From: Anaerolineae bacterium
GTDB lineage: Bacteria; Chloroflexota; Anaerolineae; UBA1429
Direction of reading: 5' to 3'
Assembly: GCA_050949345.1 (NCBI GenBank)
Contig: JBMNFN010000001.1
Span: forward strand, 1,218,931-1,282,930
Length of the DNA stretch: 64,000 nt
A model generated the notes under the pieces. That model did not search any database and was not told the DNA's origin. It saw only the letters and a list, made by a program, of their open reading frames with translations. Positions 29,306 through 38,875 of this stretch are shown piece by piece (positions within the stretch are counted from its first letter, which is position 1; every line of letters begins with the position of its first letter). Position numbers and translations under genes: made by a program.

Positions 29306-30316
29306 CTACGCGCAGGGCCCAAGGTAGGCACGCAACAGCGTCGCCTCCGTGCGGGCCCGCACAGCAAAGGCGCCCATGGCCGCGGGCAGCAGGGTAAAGC
29401 GAACCGCCTCAAGGTCGACCTGCTGCCCCGCCTGTACCTGTACGTTGCCTGCGATGCAACCCCAGATCTCAAAGGTGGCGCCGTCGGTGGCTGAACGGTA
29501 CTCTGCCCCCGCCTGCAACACCACGCGCTCCAGGGTAAACTGGGGCACACGGATCAGGCACCAGCGCTCCATGCCTGAGCCCCGCTCCAGCAGCCTGGGC
29601 TGTACGAGGCCAGTGCCCTGCTCCTCCCAACGGATCGCCTCCAGCGCCTGCGCAATGTGCAGCGGTCGAGGACGGCCGTCAGTGGCCAGGCGTCCCCAGT
29701 CATACAGGCGGTAGGTGGCATCAGAGGTTTGCTGGATCTCGACTACCAGCGTGCCGGCCAGCAGAGCGTGTACCGTGCCGGCAGGGACAAACACACAGTC
29801 GCCCGCGGTAACCGGCAGGCGCCCCAGAACATCGCCGAGGTTGCCCTCCACCATTGCCCGTTCCATCTCTTCTTCAGTGGTACCCGGCTCCAAGCCATAC
29901 ACAAGGCAAGCGCCCTCGTCGGCCGCCAGCACGTACCAGGCCTCCGTCTTGCCCTGCGGCCCCATGCCCTGCGCCATGGTGGCGGCATCATCGGGATGCA
30001 CCTGTACCGACAGATCGCGATGCGCATCCAGCAGCTTGATCAGCAGGGGAAAGCGCGAGGGCTCTGGCAGCTCGGACACGCGGTCGCCATAGAGGCGATT
30101 CCCCAGCAGGGCGTACAGTTCGGGCAGGGTAAGCCCCTGCAGCGACCCATTCAGCACCCGCGTGAGCGCCGCCGCGTGGCCTGACACCTCCCAGCTCTCT
30201 GCAGTGGGCCCGGGCGGTAGCTTGCGACCGTAGAGGGACTCCAGACGGCGCCCTCCCCAGATATAGTGGCGCAATTGGGGCTCGAACAGCAGCGGGTAGA
30301 GCTCACGATCGGGCAT
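29306..30316 (-). CDS. manA: Mannose-6-phosphate isomerase, class I
   Basis: Cupin PMI type I motifs (WGGRRLESL; SVQVHPDD; ...YDWGR). 336 aa. Confidence 0.8.
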   Translation of the reverse strand: MPDRELYPLLFEPQLRHYIWGGRRLESLYGRKLPPGPTAESWEVSGHAAALTRVLNGSLQGLTLPELYALLGNRLYGDRVSELPEPSRFPLLIKLLDAHRDLSVQVHPDDAATMAQGMGPQGKTEAWYVLAADEGACLVYGLEPGTTEEEMERAMVEGNLGDVLGRLPVTAGDCVFVPAGTVHALLAGTLVVEIQQTSDATYRLYDWGRLATDGRPRPLHIAQALEAIRWEEQGTGLVQPRLLERGSGMERWCLIRVPQFTLERVVLQAGAEYRSATDGATFEIWGCIAGNVQVQAGQQVDLEAVRFTLLPAAMGAFAVRARTEATLLRAYLGPCA

Positions 30317-30326
30317 TTGTTTCCTC

Positions 30327-31097
30327 TCAGCCAGCAGACATCAACGACCGGAGGTAGCCAATCTGCTGCGGAGCCACCTCCTCATAATCCTCGTTGTAGA
30401 GATCCAGGGCGAGTCCGCCGGCAAAGCCGACCCGCTCCAATGCCTGGATGTACAGTCCGAGATCCATGTCGCCCTCGGTTGGCACAAGATGATTGTGTAC
30501 CCCGGTCGCCATGTTCTCTACGTGGCCATGCACGATGCGCTCGCCCAAGAGGCCAATCGAGGCGATGGGATCCGGATCGCACAAAAAGAGATGGCCCAGA
30601 TCCACATTGGCCGCCAGATGGGGCGAGGGCAACTCCTCAAACAGGCGCAGCAGATGTTCGGTAGAGCCGACGATGAATCCGGGCTCAAACTCCTGAGCCA
30701 GGATTATGTCGTGCTGAATGGCACGCTCCAGCAGCTGCGCCGTACGGTCTCGCATGCGCACCCACTCGGCCTCGTCCCCAGTACGGGCTGCGGTACCGGA
30801 AAAGATCAACATGGAGCTGCCCAGAGTCTTGGCGGCGTCGATGGCCAACAACGTGCGCTCCAGCTCGCGATCGTCATAGATATAGTCGCGATGATACCCC
30901 ACTGAGAAAGAGCACAGACCGACGCGCTCGAGGCGCTCGCGGACCTCGTTCAAGAGCGTAGGGGTGAGGCGGTCCGGAGCCATCTCGGCAGTCTCCAGGC
31001 ACACCTCCACCCCATCAAAACCCAGACGCTTGATGACCTCGAGGCTCTGCAGAATCGGGTATCGCTCCAATGGCTGCGTACGTCCAAAGATCTGCAT
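30327..31097 (-). CDS. Sugar phosphate isomerase/epimerase (xylose isomerase-like TIM barrel)
   Basis: 256 aa from the ATG at 31097 (M16), which has GGGGAG 6 nt upstream. AP_endonuc_2/XylA-like barrel signatures (GFDGVEV..., ...HGHVENM...). It lies immediately upstream of manA on the same strand. Confidence 0.7.
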   Translation of the reverse strand: MQIFGRTQPLERYPILQSLEVIKRLGFDGVEVCLETAEMAPDRLTPTLLNEVRERLERVGLCSFSVGYHRDYIYDDRELERTLLAIDAAKTLGSSMLIFSGTAARTGDEAEWVRMRDRTAQLLERAIQHDIILAQEFEPGFIVGSTEHLLRLFEELPSPHLAANVDLGHLFLCDPDPIASIGLLGERIVHGHVENMATGVHNHLVPTEGDMDLGLYIQALERVGFAGGLALDLYNEDYEEVAPQQIGYLRSLMSAG

Positions 31098-31173
31098 GAC
31101 GACTCCCCTTTTTTCAGATGATACCACCTTAACTCCCGACACGAAAACCTCTCACGCCCGACAGGGTCCGGGG

Positions 31174-31205
31174 TTGACCAGGGACCGCGAGCACGTGATA
31201 ATCAC
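31174..31205 (+). promoter_or_regulatory. Promoter TTGACC, 17 nt spacer, GATAAT, with an overlapping palindromic operator GTGATAATCAC
   Basis: TTGACC at 31174-31179 and GATAAT at 31197-31202. The 11-bp perfect palindrome GTGATAATCAC (31195-31205) spans the -10, and a second palindrome ATCATGAT follows. The element sits upstream of the beta-mannosidase gene (AAGGAG RBS). Confidence 0.45.
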
Positions 31206-31234
31206 CACGATCATGATGACGATAAGGAGTTGGC

Positions 31235-33766
31235 ATGGTTTCAAGCGTCAGCCTGGACGGAACCTGGTTGCTCAAGGGTACGGATGGACGGCGCGGCGAG
31301 GTCAGCACCTATTGCCTGACGGATGTCGATGAACGTTCCTTTGTTCAAGCCAGTGTCCCGGGTGAGGTACACCTCGATCTGATGCGAGCTGGTCGCATCG
31401 CGGATCCTCGCGTGGGCACCAATGCGCTGGATGCCCGCTGGGTGGAGGAGCAGTTCTGGATCTATCGAAAAAAGTTCAGCATGCCTCAGCAGGCCTTGGA
31501 GAGCCAGAGGGTTTGGCTGGTGCTGGATGAGCTGGATCTTTCAGCGCAGATCTACCTGAACGATCAACTGGCAGGCACCCATGCCAACGCCTTTGTACCT
31601 TGCCGCCTGGATGTGACGGGATTCCTGCGAGAGGGTGAAAACCAGCTGGCCATCGCCATCGAATCCGGGCTGTACGACGCTGGGGAACGCCCTGCCCTTG
31701 GGTTCACCCCCGGCAACCCCGACAGCCTGCTGCACAAGCGCATGTGGCTGCGCAAGCCCCAGTTCCAGTTCGGCTGGGACTGGAACCCCCGTCTGGTCAA
31801 CGTGGGCGTATCGGGCTCGGTGCGCCTCGATTGGACCGACACCATGCGGATCGACCAAATGTCTGTGTACCCCCTGCTTTCAGAGGACCACTCTGAAGCC
31901 ACCCTGGTGACCCGGCTGTTTGTCGAGAACGTACAGTCCACCGCCCTGGAGGCCACCATCGAGGTCTCGGTTACCGGGCCCGACCTGGCCAGCCGCAGGG
32001 TGCAGGTTACCTTGCCACCGGGCACATCCACGCAGGAGGTCACCCTGAGCCTGCGCAACCCGTCCCTCTGGTGGCCACGGCCCTATGGGGAACAACCGCT
32101 CTATACCGTCGCGGCACAAGTTATCGTTGGCTCCAGTGTGGTCGACACGTGTACGCGCCGGACGGGCATCCGCTCCATCTCTATCGACCGATCCCCCCAT
32201 CCGCAGGGCGGCGAATACTTTGTGCTGGTGGTGAATGGGCAGCGCATCTTTGCCAAAGGCGGAAACTGGGTTCCGGCGGACATGCTGATGGCCGACGTGA
32301 CCAACGAGCGCTATCGCAGGCTGGTGGACGAAGCGGTGGCTGCCAACTTTAACACCCTGCGAGTGTGGGGCGGCGGTCGATACCTTGATCATGAACTGTT
32401 AGCCTTGTGCGACGAAGCGGGGATCCTCGTCTGGCACGACTGTATCTTTGCCTGCTCACAGTATCCCATGTCTGATCCACAGTTCCTGAGATCAGTGCGA
32501 CAGGAGATCCGCCACGTAGCGCGGGAGTTGTCGCCGCACCCGAGCTTGATGGTGTGGTGCGGCAACAATGAGAACGAGTGGGGCGCCTGGTCGTGGGGCT
32601 ATGACCAGCTGCACGCCCATCCGGACTATGCCCTGTATCACATGGAGATCCCGCGCATTCTGGCTGAGGAGGATCCCTCACGGCCCTACTGGCCCAGCTC
32701 GCCCTACTCGTCGCCGAGCGTGCACCCCAACGATCCCACCATGGGCGACCAACACCCCTGGCACGTGTCCCTCTTTGGCGATCTGGAGAACTACTGGGCC
32801 TACCGGGTGGATGAGAGTCGCTTTCCCAACGAAGGGGGTGCATTGGGCGCCTCTTCCATCGCAACGCTGAATGACTTTATGCCCGAGAGCGAGCGCTACT
32901 ATCTGTCGCCCTCGTGGGATTATCACGATAACGAATTGGCGCTGGGACCGAACCCCAGGGGGAACGGCCCTGGCCGCAAGTCCATCACAGAGACGTGGTT
33001 CGCCACCTGGTACGGACTGGACCCCGCGAGCATGAACCTGGCCGACTATGCCTATTACAGCGGTGCGCTACAGGCCGAGGCGCTGGTCGAGTACATCAAC
33101 AACTACCGACGGCGCATGTTCAGCAGCTCTTCTGCCATCTTTTGGATGTATAACGACTCTTGGCCAGTGACCCACGGCTGGACCATTGTGGACTATTACC
33201 TGCGGCGAAAGCTTGCTTTTCACCCGGCGCGGCGCGCCTTTGATCCACTGCAAGTGATCCCGGCTCTCGATGGGGACACGGTGAGCATCTATGGCGTCAA
33301 TGACGGCCAGAGCGAGTGGCGTGGAACCCTGCGCTATGGCCTGTTTACCTTTGATGGCAGCGAGGGCACACGAGACGAGTTGGAGGTGGTGCTCCCACCG
33401 AACGTCTCTACGCTGCTGGCGCAGTTTCCTCTGGCAGATTGGCAGGCTCTGGGCGAACGGCGTGCCGCGGCCTATGCTACCCTGTGGGAGAATGGCATCT
33501 GCATCCGCCAGAATCGGCTGCTGCTGGCGCGCTTCCGGGAGGTAAACTGGCCCGCGCCCGAGATCCGTATCGTCCGCCGGGGAGAGCGGGCCGTCTTGAG
33601 CTCGGCACGGTTTGTGTGGGGCGTGTGCCTCGACCCGGTTGGTGACCAGGAATTGGCCGACGACCTGTTCGATCTGCTGCCTGGGATCGAGTGGAGCATC
33701 CCCTGGCCCACAGAGCGACCGCTGCCCCAGGTGGCATACACGGGAAACGGCGGCGCCATGAGCTGA
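31235..33766 (+). CDS. Glycoside hydrolase family 2 beta-mannosidase
   Basis: 843 aa. GH2 sugar-binding N-terminal domain, catalytic (beta/alpha)8 region with WHDCIFACSQYP and NENEW (acid/base Glu), and a BMAN-like C-terminal domain. Confidence 0.8.
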   Translation: MVSSVSLDGTWLLKGTDGRRGEVSTYCLTDVDERSFVQASVPGEVHLDLMRAGRIADPRVGTNALDARWVEEQFWIYRKKFSMPQQALESQRVWLVLDELDLSAQIYLNDQLAGTHANAFVPCRLDVTGFLREGENQLAIAIESGLYDAGERPALGFTPGNPDSLLHKRMWLRKPQFQFGWDWNPRLVNVGVSGSVRLDWTDTMRIDQMSVYPLLSEDHSEATLVTRLFVENVQSTALEATIEVSVTGPDLASRRVQVTLPPGTSTQEVTLSLRNPSLWWPRPYGEQPLYTVAAQVIVGSSVVDTCTRRTGIRSISIDRSPHPQGGEYFVLVVNGQRIFAKGGNWVPADMLMADVTNERYRRLVDEAVAANFNTLRVWGGGRYLDHELLALCDEAGILVWHDCIFACSQYPMSDPQFLRSVRQEIRHVARELSPHPSLMVWCGNNENEWGAWSWGYDQLHAHPDYALYHMEIPRILAEEDPSRPYWPSSPYSSPSVHPNDPTMGDQHPWHVSLFGDLENYWAYRVDESRFPNEGGALGASSIATLNDFMPESERYYLSPSWDYHDNELALGPNPRGNGPGRKSITETWFATWYGLDPASMNLADYAYYSGALQAEALVEYINNYRRRMFSSSSAIFWMYNDSWPVTHGWTIVDYYLRRKLAFHPARRAFDPLQVIPALDGDTVSIYGVNDGQSEWRGTLRYGLFTFDGSEGTRDELEVVLPPNVSTLLAQFPLADWQALGERRAAAYATLWENGICIRQNRLLLARFREVNWPAPEIRIVRRGERAVLSSARFVWGVCLDPVGDQELADDLFDLLPGIEWSIPWPTERPLPQVAYTGNGGAMS

Positions 33767-33773
33767 GTATCAT

Positions 33774-33817
33774 GCAGGGCCTCTGAGTGGTCGGCAGGCG
33801 ATACTCAGGGGCCCTGC
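33774..33817. terminator. 15-bp hairpin between convergent genes (no U-tract)
   Basis: GCAGGGCCTCTGAGT, a 14-nt loop, then ACTCAGGGGCCCTGC. Confidence 0.35.
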
Positions 33818-34941
33818 TAGTCGTGGAGACCCATCGCCAGGCTGGTTTCGATCAGTCGATGGACCGCCTGGCGCGTCACAACCCCCAGGAGCGCACCGTC
33901 GCGCATCACCGGGATCTCATCCAAGCCCAACTCCGTGAGGCGGTGCAACACCCGCGCCAGGGGCAACTCGGGCGGCACCTGCAGCTGGTCGTCCAAGGGT
34001 AACATGACCTCCTGAAGGGTGGTGGCAGGCCATGCCTCAGGGCGCACCCGCCTCAGGCGCGAGACGCGCAACAGGCCTGCAAGACCCCGCTCATCACCCA
34101 CCAGCAGGCAGGGCACGCTGCGTTGCGCCAAGGCACTGTCCAGCTGATCCAAGGTCAGGCTGGATGGCAGCGGAACACAGCCGCGCACCATCACATCGGC
34201 GGCGGTGCGGCCCTGCAGCGCCCGTAACACACCCTGACGACGGAGCGCGGTGTGCGCGCCACCCTCCACCAGGATGCCGATCACAGCCACCCAGACCCAT
34301 TCCCGCACACCCGTATTGAACCACATCAGAATGCCAAAGAGCGTCATCAACAGGCCTGCCCAACGCCCAAAGAGCCCAGCCCAGCGGTCAGCCGAGAGAG
34401 GATCCACGCCCAGGGCCCAAAAGCCGGCGCTGAGCGCTTTGCCACCATCCAGTGGCAGCGCCGGAAGGAGATTGAGACCGCCCAACGTGAGGCAGACCAG
34501 CGCCATGGTACGGGCAATGGCACCCATTACAGGTGCAAAGGGCTCGAGCACCCGCCAGAACCCCGCAAATACCGCCCCCATGATCAGAGTGCTCAAGGGT
34601 CCCGCCAGCGCGATGGACAGTTGATCCAGCGGACTGGCGTGGTCCTCAGCCAGGCTGAGCCCCCCGCCTGCCAGGCTCAGCGTGATGTGCAAAGGGTTGA
34701 GGTGGCGCGCCCGAGCGGCAAGGGCATGGGCCAGTTCATGAATCAGCACCACAAGCCCAAAGAGAAGAGCGATGACCACCGCTGCCGCGCGCAACAGTGC
34801 GAGGGACGCATCAGGGAGCAGGCTCTGCAGAAAGAGTCGAGGGAGCGCCCACACCAGGCCCCCAGCCAGCAGGAACCAGGTCACATCGAGGCGAACGGGT
34901 ACGCCTGACAGACGCCCCAGACTGATGTGGTACCCGAGCAT
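33817..34941 (-). CDS. Site-2 protease family (M50) zinc metalloprotease with tandem CBS domains
   Basis: HELAHAL zinc motif, a second-site LDGG motif, six predicted TM helices, and a C-terminal CBS pair. The ATG at 34941 (M10) has GGGGAG upstream. Confidence 0.75.
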   Translation of the reverse strand: MLGYHISLGRLSGVPVRLDVTWFLLAGGLVWALPRLFLQSLLPDASLALLRAAAVVIALLFGLVVLIHELAHALAARARHLNPLHITLSLAGGGLSLAEDHASPLDQLSIALAGPLSTLIMGAVFAGFWRVLEPFAPVMGAIARTMALVCLTLGGLNLLPALPLDGGKALSAGFWALGVDPLSADRWAGLFGRWAGLLMTLFGILMWFNTGVREWVWVAVIGILVEGGAHTALRRQGVLRALQGRTAADVMVRGCVPLPSSLTLDQLDSALAQRSVPCLLVGDERGLAGLLRVSRLRRVRPEAWPATTLQEVMLPLDDQLQVPPELPLARVLHRLTELGLDEIPVMRDGALLGVVTRQAVHRLIETSLAMGLHD

Positions 34942-35019
34942 GGCAGCAACTCCCCTTGGGATGGGCACATTCTAACCACTCACAGCACCGGCACCAACCT
35001 CCAGTCATTCGCGATGTTG

Positions 35020-35048
35020 TTGACAATCTTGGTAATTATTCGTATCAT
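35020..35048 (+). promoter_or_regulatory. Sigma70-like promoter: TTGACA, 17 nt spacer, TATCAT
   Basis: Upstream of bcp. AGGAGG lies 7 nt before the ATG at 35073. Confidence 0.5.
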
Positions 35049-35072
35049 TTCATGGATGCTAGGAGGTGCAAC

Positions 35073-35525
35073 ATGTTGACTGAAAACACGATGGCTCCCG
35101 AGTTTACACTGGAATCCGATCAGGGTGAGTCCGTTTCGTTGAGCGACTTTCGCGGCAAGAAAGTGGTGCTGTACTTTTATCCCAAGGACAATACCTCTGG
35201 CTGCACCAAGGAGGCCTGCGCTTTTCGCGATGAGAACGCCGCCATTGCCAACAAGGGTGCGGTAGTGATCGGCGTGAGCCCAGACAGCCTGAAGTCACAC
35301 GCCAACTTTCGCGAAAAGTATCAGTTGCCCTTTTATCTGCTGAGCGACCCCACCCACGAGGTTGCCACTGCCTTTGGTGCCTGGGGTGAAAAGATCGTCT
35401 GCGGCAAGACGACCACCGGTATGACGCGCTCGACGTTCATCATCGACGAAGAAGGCAAGATCATCAAGGTCTTTCCCAAGGTCAAAGTGGATGGACACGT
35501 GGCGCAGGTGCTGGCAGCGCTCTAG
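35073..35525 (+). CDS. bcp: Thiol peroxidase Bcp (peroxiredoxin Q)
   Basis: 150 aa. AhpC/TSA fold with the active-site motif FYPKDNTSGCTKEAC. Confidence 0.9.
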   Translation: MLTENTMAPEFTLESDQGESVSLSDFRGKKVVLYFYPKDNTSGCTKEACAFRDENAAIANKGAVVIGVSPDSLKSHANFREKYQLPFYLLSDPTHEVATAFGAWGEKIVCGKTTTGMTRSTFIIDEEGKIIKVFPKVKVDGHVAQVLAAL

Positions 35526-35539
35526 CGCTCGGAAGACAA

Positions 35540-35572
35540 GGGAGGCGTGCCCAAGGGCACGCCTCCTTTTTT
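35540..35572. terminator. Bidirectional rho-independent terminator
   Basis: 12-bp stem GGAGGCGTGCCC/GGGCACGCCTCC with an AA loop, then TTTTTTT. Confidence 0.65.
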
Positions 35573-35584
35573 TCTGCCGTGTTG

Positions 35585-36328
35585 CTAGGCGATCATCCCC
35601 TCAGAACCCTCTGGTTCCTTGGGTCGGGCAAAGCGCGCCAGGAAGATGCCCAGCTCATAGAGCACCACCAGAGGGCCCATCAACACCAACATGTTGACCG
35701 GGTCGTGGGAGGGCGTCACGACAGCGGCCACCACAGCGCTGCCAATGATGGCCCAGCGTCGCGCAGCGCCCAGCTGACGTGCGGTTACCACTCCCAGCTT
35801 GGCCAGAAAGAACATCACCAGCGGCATCTCGAACAGAATACCCATCCAGAACATCACAAAGGTAGTAAAGTTCACATAGTTCTGCAGAGTCCACTTGTTC
35901 TCCACCACGTTGGTCAGAAACCCCTGCATGAACTGGATCATTCCCGGCATCATGACAAACACTGCAAAGGCCACACCGGCGGCAAAGCTTACCCCCGCCC
36001 CGGGCACCAGCAGTGTCAGGTATTTGCGCTCGTGAGGCAACAGACCAGGCAGCATGAACTTGACTATTTCATAGACGATGACGGGCATGGCCAACGTAAC
36101 GCCCAGGATCAGCGCCACGCGAAAGTAGACCATGATGGATTCGGTGGGAGCGATCGCCTGAGGCACATTGCCCCCCAAGGGAATCGTAAGCAGCTTGAGC
36201 GCGTCCTCCGCAAAGATGGTGGCCACGGCAGTCCCGACCACGAGCGCGCCCACTGCCCAAACGAGCCGATCTCTCAGCTCGCTCAGGTGCTCCATAATGG
36301 TGAGTTCACGATCGGTATAAGCGGTCAT
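35585..36328 (-). CDS. tatC: Twin-arginine translocase subunit TatC
   Basis: 247 aa with six TM helices and the TatC N-terminal motif (MEHLSELRDRLV). An ATGA overlap links it to the upstream tatA/B. GAGGAGG RBS. Confidence 0.9.
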   Translation of the reverse strand: MTAYTDRELTIMEHLSELRDRLVWAVGALVVGTAVATIFAEDALKLLTIPLGGNVPQAIAPTESIMVYFRVALILGVTLAMPVIVYEIVKFMLPGLLPHERKYLTLLVPGAGVSFAAGVAFAVFVMMPGMIQFMQGFLTNVVENKWTLQNYVNFTTFVMFWMGILFEMPLVMFFLAKLGVVTARQLGAARRWAIIGSAVVAAVVTPSHDPVNMLVLMGPLVVLYELGIFLARFARPKEPEGSEGMIA

Positions 36329-36996
36329 GCTACCTCCTCGGCTTCGGGAGAGTGAGCGGGAGCCGCTTCGGGGACATCAGACCCGGATTCGGAGGCTGCA
36401 ACGGAAACGCTAACCACTTCTTGATCGTCATCCTCCACCCAGAGGGGCCCATCGAGCACGGTAGGCTCAGCCTGTGCGTCCTCAGGCACGTACTCGGCCA
36501 GCCCCAGGGTCACCGCATCCGCCTCGGGCGAGGTATCGACCACCGGCTCCGCGGTTGCGAGGCCGGGCTGCTCCTCAACAGGAGCCTCTTGAGCAGGGTT
36601 TGTCGCAGTCAGGGCCACAGCAGCAGCGGGTGCAGCGGCTGTTTCAGCAGCGGATGTCGGTTGGGCTGCCGGTCTGACGGCACCGGGAAGCACGGCGGAC
36701 GAGGGTTGCCGCGCGGTGCCCTCCATCTCGCCTTTCCAGTTGATGTCCGTCAAGTCATCGCGAGCGGCAGCCACCTCGCTCATATCCGAGACAAGCTCTT
36801 GCTTGATCTCGGTGAGAGGCTGTATTTCGAGATTGAAAGCATCCCGAAACTCGCGCGTTACATCCCGTGTCTCGCGCCGGAATTTCGCCACCCACCGGCC
36901 CAGCTGACCGGCGAATTTGACCATCTCTTCCGGTCCCAGCACGAGGGCAGCCAAGACCAGGATCACGATGAGTTCTGTCAGGCCGATCCCAAACAT
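36325..36996 (-). CDS. TatA/TatB-family twin-arginine translocase subunit with a long acidic/Ala-Pro-rich C-terminal tail
   Basis: MFGIGLTELIVILVLAALVLGPEEM, which has the TatA/B signature. The ATG at 36996 is M12 of the track ORF. Confidence 0.8.
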   Translation of the reverse strand: MFGIGLTELIVILVLAALVLGPEEMVKFAGQLGRWVAKFRRETRDVTREFRDAFNLEIQPLTEIKQELVSDMSEVAAARDDLTDINWKGEMEGTARQPSSAVLPGAVRPAAQPTSAAETAAAPAAAVALTATNPAQEAPVEEQPGLATAEPVVDTSPEADAVTLGLAEYVPEDAQAEPTVLDGPLWVEDDDQEVVSVSVAASESGSDVPEAAPAHSPEAEEVA

Positions 36997-37038
36997 AGCG
37001 AGTGCAAGCCTCCTTGCAGAACACTGCACGCGTGGGGT

Positions 37039-37503
37039 TTATGGCGTCGGTCCGGGGGGATCAGAAGGTACCAGAGAGCTCTGCCAGGCATCGATGAGCT
37101 GAGCTCGCTGGCTGTGAAGGGTTCCCAGTACACCGTTCACGAATCGGGGGGAGCTTTCACTGCCAAAGAGCTTGGCCACCTCGACCGCCTCGTTGATGGC
37201 CACCTTGGGTGGCGTGTCATCACCAAACAAGAGCTCTTGAGCGGCCAGCCGAAGAATGTTGCGGTCCACCGGCGCCAGTTGATCGAGCGGCCACTCTGGA
37301 GCTATGCGCTGAATGATCGCATCCAGCGCCTCGCGGTTCGCCAAGGTATTGTACAGCAAGGTACGCGCAAAGGCCACGCCCTGCTCCGTAAGCGGTTGCT
37401 CTTCCAACCGTTCAGCAAGGGCCGTGTCCGGTCGGTGTCCTGTCAGGTCGACTTCAAACAGCACCTGCAGGACGATAATACGCGCTCTACGCCTTGGTTT
37501 CAC
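37039..37503 (-). CDS. nusB: Transcription antitermination factor NusB
   Basis: 154 aa. NusB helical fold motifs (ARIIVLQVLFE..., RLAAQELLF). GTG start. Confidence 0.85.
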   Translation of the reverse strand: MKPRRRARIIVLQVLFEVDLTGHRPDTALAERLEEQPLTEQGVAFARTLLYNTLANREALDAIIQRIAPEWPLDQLAPVDRNILRLAAQELLFGDDTPPKVAINEAVEVAKLFGSESSPRFVNGVLGTLHSQRAQLIDAWQSSLVPSDPPGPTP

Positions 37504-37524
37504 AGTGTAACCCTGCCGATGTGC

Positions 37525-37875
37525 TCACTCGGGGATGCCCATGGTGACGTTAGCCACATGGACGTTGACCGCGAGCACAGGCATTCCCACCATCTCCTTG
37601 ATGGCACGGGACACCTGCCCCTGAATCTCGAGCCCGAGATCGTAGAGGTTACGGTCCTGTTCTGCGACAATGCCAATCTCGACGCGAACCGCCCCGTCGA
37701 CCACCTGAATGCTGACTCCGCCACCACCGCCCTTGCCGCGAAAGAACCGGTCCACATCGCTGGTAAAGTCGTGGTACAGACTGGCAACTCCGGGCACGGC
37801 CAGAGTGGTCAGCCGCGCAATGGTTGCCAATACTTCTGGCGAGATGCGCACGGTACCCAGTTTGTCCTCTGCCAT
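37525..37875 (-). CDS. Asp23/Gls24-family (alkaline shock protein 23-like) protein
   Basis: 116 aa. VRISPEVLATIARLTTLAVPGVASL...VRVEIGIVAEQDRNLYDLGLEIQ. It sits upstream of nusB, as in Firmicutes. GGGGAGGAGAC RBS. Confidence 0.85.
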   Translation of the reverse strand: MAEDKLGTVRISPEVLATIARLTTLAVPGVASLYHDFTSDVDRFFRGKGGGGGVSIQVVDGAVRVEIGIVAEQDRNLYDLGLEIQGQVSRAIKEMVGMPVLAVNVHVANVTMGIPE

Positions 37876-37972
37876 GTCTCCTCCCCGTTGGGCGCGAGCC
37901 AGCTGTTCAAGCCAACAAACGGGCCGCGAGGGAAACTACCTCGATCGGCCCGTTGCATGCCTGCCATATTGG

Positions 37973-38155
37973 TCAGCGCGAAGGCGACAGAACGACCTTG
38001 CCTCGATAAGAGCCACAGTTGGAGCACACGGTATGCGGCAGGCGCATGGCGTGGCACGAAGGGCATTCGACAAGGGCGACTGCTGTCAGATGATCGTGGG
38101 CACGACGACGTCGCGTGCGACCATGTGAGTGTTTTCGTTTCGGTAGCGGTGTCAT
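37973..38155 (-). CDS. rpmF: 50S ribosomal protein L32
   Basis: 60 aa, basic N-terminus, CPSC...CSNC zinc ribbon. ATGA overlap with yceD. Confidence 0.9.
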   Translation of the reverse strand: MTPLPKRKHSHGRTRRRRAHDHLTAVALVECPSCHAMRLPHTVCSNCGSYRGKVVLSPSR

Positions 38156-38718
38156 TCCTCTTCCCCTTGAGCATTCAAATCAGGATGATCGGCAGCTCCG
38201 AGCAACTGTGCCAGCACAGCCAACCGCGGATCTGCCCGATCGGTAACGCAACCACATGGCCCATCGTTCAGGTTGGCGCCGCAGTGGGGGCACAAACCCT
38301 TGCAGCCCTCACGGCAATACGTCGGACGCATCGACTCGGCTACCGCCAGTTGCCACAGCACTTCGGTGAGATCGAGCGTGTGATGCACATCGATCACCAG
38401 CTCGGGCTCTACCTCTGGATCCACCGGCACAGGCCGACCGCTCACCACATCGATAGAAGGAACGAACTCTTCTTCGATTTCGAGGGTCAATTCCCTGGTA
38501 ACCGGCTCCAAACAGCGCCGACAGGCCACCTGGAGGGTCAACGCCGCCTCACCTGTAACCAGCACGCCTGCGGGCGTCCGCACCATGGTAACCGCACCGG
38601 TTACCGGGATGTGCTCCGCATTCAGCGCATCAACCGGCGCGAGCTCACCATCCAGCGTTCGCTGGCGAAAAGCTCCGACCCCTTCCTTGAGCAACTGCGA
38701 GACGTTAAAGGCCAGCAT
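38152..38718 (-). CDS. yceD: YceD/DUF177-family protein (large-subunit rRNA accumulation protein)
   Basis: C-terminal CxxC...CxxC pairs and an acidic tail, with conserved position directly upstream of rpmF. The ATG at 38718 was chosen because the consensus promoter leaves a 25-nt leader. The track start at 38739 is a TTG. Confidence 0.75.
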   Translation of the reverse strand: MLAFNVSQLLKEGVGAFRQRTLDGELAPVDALNAEHIPVTGAVTMVRTPAGVLVTGEAALTLQVACRRCLEPVTRELTLEIEEEFVPSIDVVSGRPVPVDPEVEPELVIDVHHTLDLTEVLWQLAVAESMRPTYCREGCKGLCPHCGANLNDGPCGCVTDRADPRLAVLAQLLGAADHPDLNAQGEEE

Positions 38719-38750
38719 ATCGCTCTTTTCTGGAATCAAGGCTATGTGCC

Positions 38751-38779
38751 ATTATAGGTCTCGCCATGGCCACTGTCAA
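38751..38779 (-). promoter_or_regulatory. Consensus sigma70 promoter (TTGACA, 17 nt spacer, TATAAT) for yceD-rpmF
   Basis: On the minus strand, TTGACA is the reverse complement of 38774-38779 and TATAAT the reverse complement of 38751-38756, with an exact 17-nt spacer. Confidence 0.55.
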
Positions 38780-38866
38780 AAATTACCACGCCTTGATCGT
38801 TCGGATGGGTCCGCACATCAGGCAGCAACAACCCCAAGAGTCCCTTCAGTGTCTCAAGCCGAACCA

Positions 38867-38875
38867 TGGTATAAT
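38867..38875 (+). promoter_or_regulatory. Extended -10 promoter (TGgTATAAT) for the Moco operon
   Basis: TG at 38867-38868 and TATAAT at 38870-38875. No clear -35. It lies about 140 nt upstream of the mogA start. Confidence 0.4.

Noticed and set aside
33774-33817. Calling the 15-bp hairpin between the beta-mannosidase and the S2P gene an intrinsic terminator.
   Set aside because: There is no U-tract on either side. It is kept only as a low-confidence hairpin that may act as a terminator or RNA-stability element.
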